Shown here piece by piece: positions 38,308-47,709 of a DNA stretch of 64,000 bases (within the stretch, counting starts at the first letter, position 1; each line of letters opens with the position of its first letter). The position numbers and the translations under genes were made by a program. The stretch comes from Woeseiaceae bacterium. GTDB lineage: Bacteria; Pseudomonadota; Gammaproteobacteria; Steroidobacterales; Woeseiaceae. The stretch covers positions 3,056-67,055 of the forward strand of contig JAQWOA010000027.1 in assembly GCA_029246105.1 (NCBI GenBank). The letters run 5' to 3'. The notes under the pieces are model-generated. The model saw only the letters and a list, made by a program, of their open reading frames with translations, made no database searches and was not told where the DNA came from.

Positions 38308-39609
38308 TTAGCGCTCACTGATGAGCTTATAGTCTCTTGCTGACGGTCCCTTATAAAGCTGCCGAGGTCGAGCAATCTTACCTCTTGGGTCGGTAATCAT
38401 TTCGCGCCAGTGCGCAGTCCAACCCACTGAACGTCCGAGTGCAAACATAACAGTAAACATTGAAGATGGAATCCCAAGAGCCCGATATATGATGCCGGAG
38501 TAAAAGTCGACGTTAGGATATAAATTTTTCTCTCTGAAATAATCATCGCTCAAAGCAACTTGTTCGAGTTCCCGCGCTAGATCGAAAAGAGGAGTATCTT
38601 TTTGATCTAGCTTCTCCAAAACCTTGTAGCACATTTCCCGTATAATCGTGGCACGCGGATCGAAGTTCTTGTAAACCCGATGACCAAAACCCATCAAACG
38701 AAATGGATCGTTCTTGTCCTTAGCTTTTTCGACATACTTACCGATTTGGCTAACATCACCAATCTCTTCTAACATATTAAGAACAGCTTCGTTTGCTCCG
38801 CCATGCGCGGGACCCCAAAGTGCCGTAATACCAGCGGCTATAGCAGAATATGGGTTAGCACCGGAACTACCTGCCATACGTACCGTCGACGTCGAGCAGT
38901 TCTGCTCATGATCAGCATGTAAAATAAATAATAAATCCAACGCTTCCGATGCAATAGGATTAATCTCATAATATTCATCGGGAGCTGCGAACAACATATG
39001 CAACAGATTTTCGCAGTAACTCAAATTGCTACGCGGATAAACAAATGACTGACCACTATTCAGCCTATAGGCTGCTGCTGCAATAGTCGGTAGTTTCGCT
39101 AAGATACGGTATGAAAAGATATCCCGATGTTCTTTTTTCGAAGCATCCATCTCTTCGTGATAATACGCAGACATCGACCCAACAACAGCAGACAACATCG
39201 CCATCGGATGTGCGTCACAGCGAAATCCATTAAGGAAGCTCAACATACCTTCGCTTATCTTGGTGTGACCGCGAATATTTGAATCAAAATTATCAAGCTC
39301 TTCCGCAGTTGGTAGCTCACCATATAGCAACAAGTAAGAGACCTCGATAAAGCTAGAATGACTGGCAAGCTGCTCAACCGGGTAACCCCGATACATCAAG
39401 ATACCTTTTTCACCATCGATAAACGTGATATCTGATTCACAACTTCCAGTCGATACGAATCCAGGGTCATAAGTAAATACGCCCTGCTCTCGATATAGCT
39501 TGGCTATGTCAATTACATCGGGTCCGATCGTGCTACTTCGAATCGGTAAGTCCATCTCCAAACCATCTGGACCCCTCAGACGATACCCAACCTCGCTCTT
39601 TTTTTTCAT
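38308..39609 (-). CDS. gltA: citrate synthase (type II)
   Basis: HADHEQNCSTSTVR, GFGHRVYKNFDPRA and DFYSGIIY motifs are present. Confidence 0.95.
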   Translation of the reverse strand: MKKKSEVGYRLRGPDGLEMDLPIRSSTIGPDVIDIAKLYREQGVFTYDPGFVSTGSCESDITFIDGEKGILMYRGYPVEQLASHSSFIEVSYLLLYGELPTAEELDNFDSNIRGHTKISEGMLSFLNGFRCDAHPMAMLSAVVGSMSAYYHEEMDASKKEHRDIFSYRILAKLPTIAAAAYRLNSGQSFVYPRSNLSYCENLLHMLFAAPDEYYEINPIASEALDLLFILHADHEQNCSTSTVRMAGSSGANPYSAIAAGITALWGPAHGGANEAVLNMLEEIGDVSQIGKYVEKAKDKNDPFRLMGFGHRVYKNFDPRATIIREMCYKVLEKLDQKDTPLFDLARELEQVALSDDYFREKNLYPNVDFYSGIIYRALGIPSSMFTVMFALGRSVGWTAHWREMITDPRGKIARPRQLYKGPSARDYKLISER

Positions 39610-39721
39610 CTTAATCTCTTCAATTTAAAACTTATCGAGCATAACAAAGTGCCCAATACACCGCGGGATCTTGGAGAGTTATTATATAAAGGCACCAGAC
39701 GGCCGTAAGGACTCGTAAGCC

Positions 39722-39925
39722 CTAATTCATACCGTACTTCTTACGGAACCTGTCTACGCGGCCACCAGTATCGGCTCTCTTCTGCTTACCAGTGTAAAAC
39801 GGATGGCACAAGGAACAAACCTCTACACGGAGATCCCTACCAAGAGTCGAGCGAGTGGTGAACTCGTTACCACAACTACAGGTGACCAGGATGTCGCCAT
39901 ATTTAGGATGTGTGTCGGCTTTCAT
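39722..39925 (-). CDS. rpmE: 50S ribosomal protein L31 (Zn-ribbon type A)
   Basis: The sequence is [29 protein letters not shown]. Confidence 0.95.
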   Translation of the reverse strand: MKADTHPKYGDILVTCSCGNEFTTRSTLGRDLRVEVCSLCHPFYTGKQKRADTGGRVDRFRKKYGMN

Positions 39926-40008
39926 TTTCAGGCTCTCCCGAGCACGCTACTACATTAAAAAGGGCGCGTAGGATATAAGGAAGCAAGGATCACCGCAAGC
40001 CCCGTTTT

Positions 40009-40043
40009 TTATCCACAGAACCTGTGGACAAGACTGTGGATGG
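40009..40043. promoter_or_regulatory. cluster of three DnaA-box-like 9-mers upstream of rpmE
   Basis: TTATCCACA (40009-40017) is a perfect box. TGTGGACAA (40023-40031) is the reverse complement of TTGTCCACA. TGTGGATGG (40035-40043) is the reverse complement of CCATCCACA. The first box is oriented opposite to the other two. A fourth box, TGTGCATAA (reverse complement TTATGCACA), lies at 40213-40221. Confidence 0.45.
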
Positions 40044-40317
40044 AAATTGAGTGAATGCTCTAAGCTACGGTTTTTCATAGATCGTTGTCAAAATGCCTAA
40101 TTTTTGTCCAATTTCTATTGGTATTATAAAACAACAACTTACGTGGTATTTGCAACATAGATGATGAGCAGAAAGCCCTCTTACACTGAAAACAAAGGCA
40201 TACGTACGAACTTGTGCATAAGCGAATAATTAAGCCAAAGACCAATAAATCAAACAAATCATATCTAGTTAACAAGAAACTACGTCATATAAACAACAAA
40301 TAATTTAAATTCCAGCA

Positions 40318-41466
40318 TCAATTAGTAATAAAACTAGACTGCAAATCATTCAAAAATCGGCGGCCAAGTTTAGTAGGCATCCAGATTTGATCATCATTGT
40401 ACTCGATGAGGCCCTTCTTCCTCACATCGACCGTTGCATCCACTAAATCGGTTGTCATGAGTCCCGTCCGTGCGACAAACAACTTTTCAGTAAAGCCTGC
40501 ATTAAGACGTAATGCGTTAAGCATAAACTCAAGCATCAAATCAGTCTCGCTAAGGGGTTTCAAATCCTCCTCGGGTTCGTTTGATTCCTGCGCGATCATG
40601 TATTGCATCGGATTTGCCGGTTTTTGATAACGGCAAATTTTTGAATCTACTGTAATCTTGCCATGAGCACCCGCACCAACTGCAAGATAATCTCCGAATG
40701 ACCAATAATTGAGATTATGCTGACAAAGCCGTCCTTCTCTTGCATATGCAGAAACTTCATACTGTTCATATCCGAAGCGCCTAAGGAGTTCCTGCCCCTG
40801 TTCTTGAATCTCAAAAGTGAGATCATCATCCGGAAGATTTGGAGGTGGGTGGGCATAAAAAATAGTATTGGGCTCTAGGGTCAGTTGATACCAAGAAATA
40901 TGAGTAACATCGAGATCTATCGCGGCAGTCAAGTCAGCCATTGCCATTTCTACACTCTGACTTGGTAAGCCATACATCAAGTCTATGTTGATATTATCAA
41001 AGCCAGCCTCCTTGGCATCTAGTACGGCACGTAAGGTATCGGCACTAGAATGAATACGACCAAGCAATTTTAAAGCAACATCATCGAAGCTCTGTGCGCC
41101 GATAGATAAACGTGTAATTCCAGCATCTAGATAGCCAACAGGTGATCCACGTTCCACTGTCCCAGGATTTTCTTCCATAGTTACTTCAGCATTTTGAGCA
41201 ATGGAAAAGCACTGTTTCACGCCATCAAGTAGCTGGCCAATCTCATTCGGTGTAAAAAGACTAGGTGTACCCCCACCCAAGAAAACTGTCTGAATATCTC
41301 TTCCATCGCCTCTGTACGCCTGCCGCTCCATATCATGCAGCAAAGCTAAAATATAGCGGTCTTTAGGTGTGTTATCACCAGCACTATGTGAATTGAAGTC
41401 ACAATAAGGACATTTTTTTACACACCATGGTAGATGTATATATAAAGAAAGAGGAGGTTCAATCAC
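40318..41466 (-). CDS. hemW: radical SAM heme chaperone HemW (HemN-like, YggW)
   Basis: LYIHLPWCVKKCPYCDF carries the CxxxCxxC radical SAM motif. The HemN C-terminal domain is present. The rdgB-hemW order is conserved. Confidence 0.85.
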   Translation of the reverse strand: MIEPPLSLYIHLPWCVKKCPYCDFNSHSAGDNTPKDRYILALLHDMERQAYRGDGRDIQTVFLGGGTPSLFTPNEIGQLLDGVKQCFSIAQNAEVTMEENPGTVERGSPVGYLDAGITRLSIGAQSFDDVALKLLGRIHSSADTLRAVLDAKEAGFDNINIDLMYGLPSQSVEMAMADLTAAIDLDVTHISWYQLTLEPNTIFYAHPPPNLPDDDLTFEIQEQGQELLRRFGYEQYEVSAYAREGRLCQHNLNYWSFGDYLAVGAGAHGKITVDSKICRYQKPANPMQYMIAQESNEPEEDLKPLSETDLMLEFMLNALRLNAGFTEKLFVARTGLMTTDLVDATVDVRKKGLIEYNDDQIWMPTKLGRRFLNDLQSSFITN

Positions 41467-42062
41467 GCGTATGTCTGCTTGATCAATTCAACCAATTGAC
41501 GCAAAGCCTGGCCACGATGGCTTATGGCATTTTTCTTATTCATGCTTAGCTCAGCTGAGCTGCAGCCGTAGCTCGGAATAAAGAACAAAGGATCATAACC
41601 AAATCCACCCTCGCCATGCTGCTCGCGCAGTATCTCACCTGACCATAATCCCTCAGCAACTAGTGGTTCATAATCTGCATTAACAAAAGTGGCGACACAA
41701 TGGAATACCGCAGCTCTGTCATCAACCTCTTCGAGCATTTGCAATAGCTTGGCATTATTTGCTGTGTCATCACCATGTTCACCGGCAAAACGGGCCGAAT
41801 ATATACCCGGCGCACCATCAAGCGCCTTTACTGCCAGACCAGAGTCATCAGCAATAGCTGGCAAGCCAGTCAATCTCGCAGCATGTTGGGCTTTAATCAA
41901 CGAATTTTCCCTGAAGCTCTGACCGCTTTCATCAGCATCAATCACGCCGTATTCGGTCTGGGCAACAACTTCAACATCAAAGTCTTTCAATAGTCGGGAA
42001 ATTTCTCGGATCTTGCCAACATTACTACTAGCCATAACAACTTTCTTAAATGAGATGCTCAA
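41463..42062 (-). CDS. rdgB: dITP/XTP pyrophosphatase (Ham1 family)
   Basis: [16 protein letters not shown] and GFGYDPLF motifs are present. It has 4-nt overlaps with both rph and hemW. Confidence 0.9.
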   Translation of the reverse strand: MSISFKKVVMASSNVGKIREISRLLKDFDVEVVAQTEYGVIDADESGQSFRENSLIKAQHAARLTGLPAIADDSGLAVKALDGAPGIYSARFAGEHGDDTANNAKLLQMLEEVDDRAAVFHCVATFVNADYEPLVAEGLWSGEILREQHGEGGFGYDPLFFIPSYGCSSAELSMNKKNAISHRGQALRQLVELIKQTYA

Positions 42063-42784
42063 TATAATGCAGCCGTAATCGCCTCGTTTTGTACCGTAAT
42101 TATTTCACTAATACCTATACGAGCAAGACCCAACATCGCGGCAAACTCAGAATCATTGAACGCATGACCTTCCGCGGTACCCTGAATTTCAATAAAGTTA
42201 CCATCAGCATTCATAGCTATATTCATATCTGTTTCTGCTTGAGAGTCTTCAGCATAGTCAAGATCCAGAACTGGCATACCATTATAAATGCCCACTGATA
42301 CAGCAGCGACCTGGCCATACAGCGGGTTGTTCTTCAATTTTCCACTGTTTTTTAGGCGCTCCATAGCAATGGCCAGCGCGACATAGGCACCACTAATGGA
42401 TGCAGTCCGAGTGCCACCATCGGCTTGTAAAACATCGCAATCGAGCGTTATAGAACGCTCACCCAGTGCCTTCATATCTGTAATCGCTCTTAACGACCGT
42501 CCAATCAATCGCTGAATCTCGAGCGTACGTCCACTCTGCTTACCGCGCGTAGCTTCACGGTTAGACCTTTTGTGGGTCGCACTAGGCAACATGCCATACT
42601 CGCCAGTTACCCAACCGCAGCCCTTACCACGCATCCAACTAGGTACTCGTTCATCAATACTAGCAGTGCAAAGTACTTGCGTATCACCGAATGAAGCCAA
42701 AACGCTACCCTCTGCATGCTTTGTGAAATCAGTAACGAAACAAACTTTGCGCATGGTTTCGGAACCACGACCACTTGGACGCAT
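42059..42784 (-). CDS. rph: ribonuclease PH
   Basis: [16 protein letters not shown] and DGGTRTASI motifs are present. Confidence 0.95.
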   Translation of the reverse strand: MRPSGRGSETMRKVCFVTDFTKHAEGSVLASFGDTQVLCTASIDERVPSWMRGKGCGWVTGEYGMLPSATHKRSNREATRGKQSGRTLEIQRLIGRSLRAITDMKALGERSITLDCDVLQADGGTRTASISGAYVALAIAMERLKNSGKLKNNPLYGQVAAVSVGIYNGMPVLDLDYAEDSQAETDMNIAMNADGNFIEIQGTAEGHAFNDSEFAAMLGLARIGISEIITVQNEAITAALY

Positions 42785-43195
42785 AATAATTCTCCAATAA
42801 GTAACTTTTATATTTTAATTTAATTGCCTACTAATAGCTCGATTAGATATGAAACCTTAACGCGCTATACATCGTATTGACACTATCGGGAATATTAATT
42901 ATGGCACCCTTAATACTCATCACTTTAAAAATTTTAAGTCGGAACACTCCATATCGAACTGTTCTATTTTAGTCTTGTTGCTGTTGCTTCGCTCGATAGC
43001 CTTCTTAGCATTAATCTTAATTATCCTGACTCTTATCAAGATCAAAAACCTTAGCGCATTTAATTTTCATGTTTATACATAATAATTGAACGCCTCAGTT
43101 GTTGGACCGAAGTTCAACCAAAGCTTAGAATATTATTTGTTTAGTAATATTAAACATATGGCACTATTGATATATATCTTTGGAGACCAACGCTG

Positions 43196-44062
43196 ATGTT
43201 ACACAGCATGACAGGCTTCGCGCGTGAGTCCGTTGAAACGACCCTCGGTACGTTAACCTGGGAAATACGCGCAGTGAACCATCGCTACCTCGACGTGCAA
43301 TTCAAATTGCCGGAGGATCTGCGTCCGAAAGAACAGGATTTTCGGCAACAAGTCAGCGCCATTCTCGAGCGCGGCAAGGTTGAGTGCGGTCTGTATTTTC
43401 GACGAGCTATGGACCAGCAAACCGAGATGCAAATTGATACGGCCCTTGTCGAACTCCTCGGCATTAGGATTGCTGAGCTATCTGTAACATTACCCGCAAC
43501 TGCAGCAGTAAATCCTATCGAAATACTACGCTGGCCCGGTGTCATGAAGTCGCCCGAGATCGATGCCGAGCCGCTCTTCGAGTATGCAGGCACATTGCTC
43601 GATACTGCACTGCAGAGCATCGCAGGTATGCGCCTTAGCGAAGGTAGTCGTATTGCGGAAATGCTCAAATCGAGGGTTACCGAAATAGAGGTGATCGCAA
43701 CGTCAATACGAAAGCGCATGCCGGAAGTGTTGACTGCATCGCGAGTCAAGCAACAAGAACGCCTCAACAAACTTAATATTGAAGCCGATCCCGCACGCCT
43801 TGAAATCGAGCTTGCCTTGGTCGCACAAAAAATTGATATTGATGAAGAGCTCGATCGGCTAGAAAGTCATATTGTTGAGATCCGTGATGCATTAATGAAC
43901 GAGAAAACAGTAGGAAGGAGGCTCGATTTCCTCATGCAAGAACTTAACCGAGAAGCAAATACACTTGGATCAAAATCAGCTGATACTGAGACGACCAAGG
44001 CTGCAGTAGATCTGAAGGTACTGATCGAACAAATGCGCGAACAGATTCAGAATGTCGAGTAA
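43196..44062 (+). CDS. yicC: YicC family stress-induced protein
   Basis: MLHSMTGFAR..WEIRAVNHRYLD and the C-terminal REANTLGSKS are typical of YicC. It is divergent from rph, as in E. coli. Confidence 0.9.
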   Translation: MLHSMTGFARESVETTLGTLTWEIRAVNHRYLDVQFKLPEDLRPKEQDFRQQVSAILERGKVECGLYFRRAMDQQTEMQIDTALVELLGIRIAELSVTLPATAAVNPIEILRWPGVMKSPEIDAEPLFEYAGTLLDTALQSIAGMRLSEGSRIAEMLKSRVTEIEVIATSIRKRMPEVLTASRVKQQERLNKLNIEADPARLEIELALVAQKIDIDEELDRLESHIVEIRDALMNEKTVGRRLDFLMQELNREANTLGSKSADTETTKAAVDLKVLIEQMREQIQNVE

Positions 44063-44687
44063 CAAAATTAATACGCCAGCAAAACTATTTGTATTCGCAG
44101 CACCATCCGGTGCTGGCAAGACAACACTTGTGCACGCTGTAGTAACTAAACATCAAGACAACTTGCGGTTTTCTATTTCATACACAACCCGCAGACCACG
44201 CACCAATGAGGCGAATGGAGTTGATTATTTGTTTGTCAATGTTGATGAATTTTTACGCTTACGCGACGCGGGTGAGATGCTTGAACACGCGCGGGTTTTT
44301 GATAATTACTATGCGACAAGTAGAAGCCAAGTCGAGAATCATCTTGCGGAAGATCGTAATGTTGTTCTTGAGATTGATTGGCAAGGTGCGCAACAAGTAC
44401 GTGAAGCAATGCCGAACTGCGTTACGATTTTTATTTTGCCTCCATCCATGACTGAGCTTGAACGACGCCTTCGTGAACGTCGTACAGATAATCAAGAAGT
44501 TATAGAACGTCGATTGCAGGAAGCAAAGAGTGATATGGCGCATTGGGATGAATTTGACCATGTTATTATTAATGACAATCTAAATGAAGCTATTATTACT
44601 CTTGAGGGCATATTAATCGGCACGGGAGAATCATCACCTTCAAATAACGATAAACTACGTGCAAGAATTCAAAGAATTATCAATTAA
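44052..44687 (+). CDS. gmk: guanylate kinase
   Basis: APSGAGKTT is the P-loop. SYTTRRPR is also present. Confidence 0.9.
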   Translation: MSSNKINTPAKLFVFAAPSGAGKTTLVHAVVTKHQDNLRFSISYTTRRPRTNEANGVDYLFVNVDEFLRLRDAGEMLEHARVFDNYYATSRSQVENHLAEDRNVVLEIDWQGAQQVREAMPNCVTIFILPPSMTELERRLRERRTDNQEVIERRLQEAKSDMAHWDEFDHVIINDNLNEAIITLEGILIGTGESSPSNNDKLRARIQRIIN

Positions 44688-44790
44688 GTTTTAGAACATC
44701 TGGTTATATATACTCGTGCTCGACCCCTACGCTGAATTAGAATTTCCCCCTCAAAATAAAAAGACTCGCCTTAATTAAGGACCCTGCAAG

Positions 44791-45081
44791 ATGGCTAGAA
44801 TTACAGTTGAAGATTGTCTCGATCATATTCCAAATATATTTGAAATGGTGTTAGTTGCCGCCAAACGCGCTCGACGTGTTGCTCATGGTGCTGACCCGCT
44901 AGTTGAGCTTAAAAATGACAAACCTACCGTTATTGCTCTGCGCGAAATAGCAGATGGACTAATAAATTCCTCAATACTTGAAGAAAGTGAAGAGCCAATT
45001 ACCGAAGATTTGCTGCAGGCGGAATTATCTGAAGGTGCCGAAAATACCTTACCTATTCGCAACATTGCCCTCAATCAATAG
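44791..45081 (+). CDS. rpoZ: DNA-directed RNA polymerase subunit omega
   Basis: The N-terminus is [23 protein letters not shown]. Confidence 0.95.
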   Translation: MARITVEDCLDHIPNIFEMVLVAAKRARRVAHGADPLVELKNDKPTVIALREIADGLINSSILEESEEPITEDLLQAELSEGAENTLPIRNIALNQ

Positions 45082-45134
45082 GTAAGCTACTAGATCTAAA
45101 GAAGCTACCGCCAAATACGATAGCGACATAATCA

Positions 45135-47309
45135 TTGTTCCACGGGTATGATCGGAGCATGGATTACACTGCAGCAATATTAGCCAAACTACCAGGCGCG
45201 AATAAACGTGACCATGGTGTAAGTCGCCTTGTGAAAACGTTGGAATCCTATCTACCGGAGGATCAACTCAAAACCATAACCGCTGCTTATGAATTTGGCG
45301 CGAAGGCACACGCTGGTCAATCTCGTAAAACAGGTGAGGCATACATAACTCATCCTATTGCAGTCGCGCAAGAACTCGCTGAGATGCGACTCGATGCTCA
45401 AGCGATAACGGCTGCGATTTTGCATGATACAGTCGAAGATACTACTGCATCACTCAACGAAATCTCAGAAAAGTTTGGTAATGAGGTTGCACTGCTCGTC
45501 GATGGCGTTAGCAAACTAGATCAAATTCAATTTCGTAGCCATATAGAAGCTCAGTCCGAGAGTTTTCGGAAAATGATGCTCGCAATGATTGAAGACATTC
45601 GCGTTATCCTCGTCAAACTGGCTGACCGTCTTCACAACATGCAAACACTTGATGCGTTGCCAACAGATAAGAAAAAACGCATTGCCAGAGAAACACTAGA
45701 TATCTACGCACCAATCGCTAATCGTCTCGGTATAAATCGACTCAAAGAGCAATTAGAAGACCTTGGTTTTAAACACCTCCATCCATTTAGGTATCGTGTT
45801 CTCAAAGCTGCCCTTAAGAAAAGCCAAGGAAGTCAAAAACAGATTGTAAAAAAGATTACCGCAGAGCTCGACATAGCAATGAATGATGAGGGTGTCGAAG
45901 GCGATGTCGTCGGTCGGCAAAAACATCTTTATAGCATCTATAATAAAATGGCGACGAAGAAGTGCCTCTTATCCGATGTTGTCGATGTCTATGGTTTTCG
46001 AATTATCTGCAATGATGTAAGTTCTTGCTACCAGGTACTCGGCATCGTACATGGACTTTATAAGCCGATGCCGGGACGATTTAAAGACCACATTGCCATT
46101 CCGAGGATCAATGGTTATCAATCTTTACATACCACACTATTCGGCCCGAAAGGCCTGCCATTAGAAGTGCAAATTCGTACATATGATATGGACCGTTTAG
46201 CTGAATCTGGTGTTGCATCTCACTGGCTTTACAAAGCAGATGAAAAATCTGATGCGAGTCCACAACGTCAAACACGTGAGTGGTTATCAAATCTAGACGA
46301 ATTACAACAATCAGGCACGCCGGAAGAATTTCTTGAGAGTGTTAAGGTCGACTTATTTCCAGACAAAGTCTATGTCTTTACACCTGATGGTGACATCATG
46401 CCACTACCTAAGGGCTCAACAACAGTCGACTTTGCTTACGCGGTACATACAGACGTTGGCGATCATTGTGTAGCTGCGAAGGTCAACCGCAGCCTGGTGC
46501 CGTTACGAACAGAATTATACAATGGCCAGACCATCGAGATCATTACTACTCGAGGCGCTAAACCAAACCCCAATTGGCTGACATTTGCAACGACAGCAAA
46601 AGCTCGAACAGCCATCCGACAACATATGAAAAACCTCCGCTCGTCTGAATCGATTGATCTCGGCAAACGATTACTCGACCAGTCACTAAAGGATATCGGA
46701 TTATCATTACGCAAAGTCGGTAAGGTACGTTTCACCGAAGCATTAGAGGAATTTGGGCTCAGCAAAAACACCGATTTATTTGAGCAGATCGGTTTAGGCG
46801 AAAGACTCGCTCCGTTGACAGCTCGTTTTCTAACAGGCACGAACGGTGAGGATGGTGAAAAAGCAGCAAGCATGGTCATCTCAGGCGCAGAGAGAATGGT
46901 GATCAGCTATGGAAAATGTTGTTACCCAATTCCAGGCGATGATGTAATGGGATATTTGACTGCTGGCCGAGGTATCGTTATTCATCGCAATCAATGCGGC
47001 AACTTGTCCAACTTTCGAAAGCAACCAGAGAAATGGATCTCTGTGAACTGGGAAAAAGATATTCAACGTGATTTTCTTTGTCAGATACAAACAGACACAA
47101 AGAATAAACCAGGTGTTCTCGCAGAAGTCGCGGCAATCATTGGTGATTGCGGCTCTAATATCGAACAAGTCGAGGTACTTGGGCGTCATGAAGATTGTTC
47201 GGTGCTTTCTTTCTTACTGATGGTTGAAGATCGCTTACATCTCGCAAATATTATGCGCAATGTTCGAAAAATGAAGAATGTCATTCGTATTTCGCGCGAC
47301 TGCGCATGA
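45135..47309 (+). CDS. spoT: bifunctional (p)ppGpp synthetase/hydrolase
   Basis: The HD hydrolase motifs are intact (HPIAVA, ILHDTVEDT). The synthetase region (GYQSLHT), TGS and ACT domains follow. It lies downstream of rpoZ. The start is uncertain: TTG at 45135 or ATG at 45159. Confidence 0.9.
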   Translation: MFHGYDRSMDYTAAILAKLPGANKRDHGVSRLVKTLESYLPEDQLKTITAAYEFGAKAHAGQSRKTGEAYITHPIAVAQELAEMRLDAQAITAAILHDTVEDTTASLNEISEKFGNEVALLVDGVSKLDQIQFRSHIEAQSESFRKMMLAMIEDIRVILVKLADRLHNMQTLDALPTDKKKRIARETLDIYAPIANRLGINRLKEQLEDLGFKHLHPFRYRVLKAALKKSQGSQKQIVKKITAELDIAMNDEGVEGDVVGRQKHLYSIYNKMATKKCLLSDVVDVYGFRIICNDVSSCYQVLGIVHGLYKPMPGRFKDHIAIPRINGYQSLHTTLFGPKGLPLEVQIRTYDMDRLAESGVASHWLYKADEKSDASPQRQTREWLSNLDELQQSGTPEEFLESVKVDLFPDKVYVFTPDGDIMPLPKGSTTVDFAYAVHTDVGDHCVAAKVNRSLVPLRTELYNGQTIEIITTRGAKPNPNWLTFATTAKARTAIRQHMKNLRSSESIDLGKRLLDQSLKDIGLSLRKVGKVRFTEALEEFGLSKNTDLFEQIGLGERLAPLTARFLTGTNGEDGEKAASMVISGAERMVISYGKCCYPIPGDDVMGYLTAGRGIVIHRNQCGNLSNFRKQPEKWISVNWEKDIQRDFLCQIQTDTKNKPGVLAEVAAIIGDCGSNIEQVEVLGRHEDCSVLSFLLMVEDRLHLANIMRNVRKMKNVIRISRDCA

Positions 47310-47328
47310 TAATTAGGAGTACTAAATT

Positions 47329-47709
47329 ATGAGCAAAAAAGCTATTCATACCAATACAGCACCCGCTGCTATTGGAACTTATTCACAAGCTATCGAAGCA
47401 ACTGGAATTGTATTCTTATCTGGTCAAATTCCGCTTGTTCCTGACACGATGGAGATTGTAGATGGAGACTTTGAAGCGCGTGCAAGGCAGGTGTTCAAAA
47501 ACTTGCGTGCTGTTGCTAAAGCTGCTGGTGGTGACTTAAATAACGCAACTAAAATTACTGTTTTTATGACTGACCTCGCTAACTTTGCAACAGTGAATTC
47601 CGTTATGGAAGAGTTTTTTGAGCAACCATTTCCGGCGCGTGCCGCCGTAGGAGTATCATCTCTTCCTAAAGGCGTGGATATCGAGGCAGATGCAATCCTT
47701 GCAATCTGA
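47329..47709 (+). CDS. ridA: RidA family reactive enamine/imine deaminase
   Basis: The sequence follows the YjgF/YER057c pattern (APAAIGTYSQA, LSGQIP, FPARAAVGV). The length is 126 aa. Confidence 0.85.
   Translation: MSKKAIHTNTAPAAIGTYSQAIEATGIVFLSGQIPLVPDTMEIVDGDFEARARQVFKNLRAVAKAAGGDLNNATKITVFMTDLANFATVNSVMEEFFEQPFPARAAVGVSSLPKGVDIEADAILAI

Noticed and set aside
39610-39721. A possible terminator or structured RNA downstream of rpmE (direct repeat CTTACG..CTTACG and palindrome ACGGCCGT).
   Set aside because: I could not build a stable stem followed by a U-tract. The elements are short and are probably incidental.
40075-40275. A 66-aa Cys-rich ORF on the minus strand in the AT-rich spacer between hemW and rpmE.
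   Set aside because: It has a TTG start with no Shine-Dalgarno and shows no recognisable family features. Its AT-driven codon composition also argues against it. The region is better explained as non-coding (see the DnaA-box finding).
42901-42972. A 23-codon hydrophobic ORF (MAPLILITLKILSRNTPYRTVLF) in the rph-yicC spacer.
   Set aside because: It has no ribosome-binding site, and I cannot assess its conservation. It is too short to call from sequence alone.
42785-43195. The idea that the rph<>yicC strand-switch spacer is the replication origin.
   Set aside because: It holds no consensus DnaA boxes, only 1-2-mismatch partial matches. It has no flanking dnaA, dnaN, gidA or mioC. Gene orientation further to the left is also mixed.
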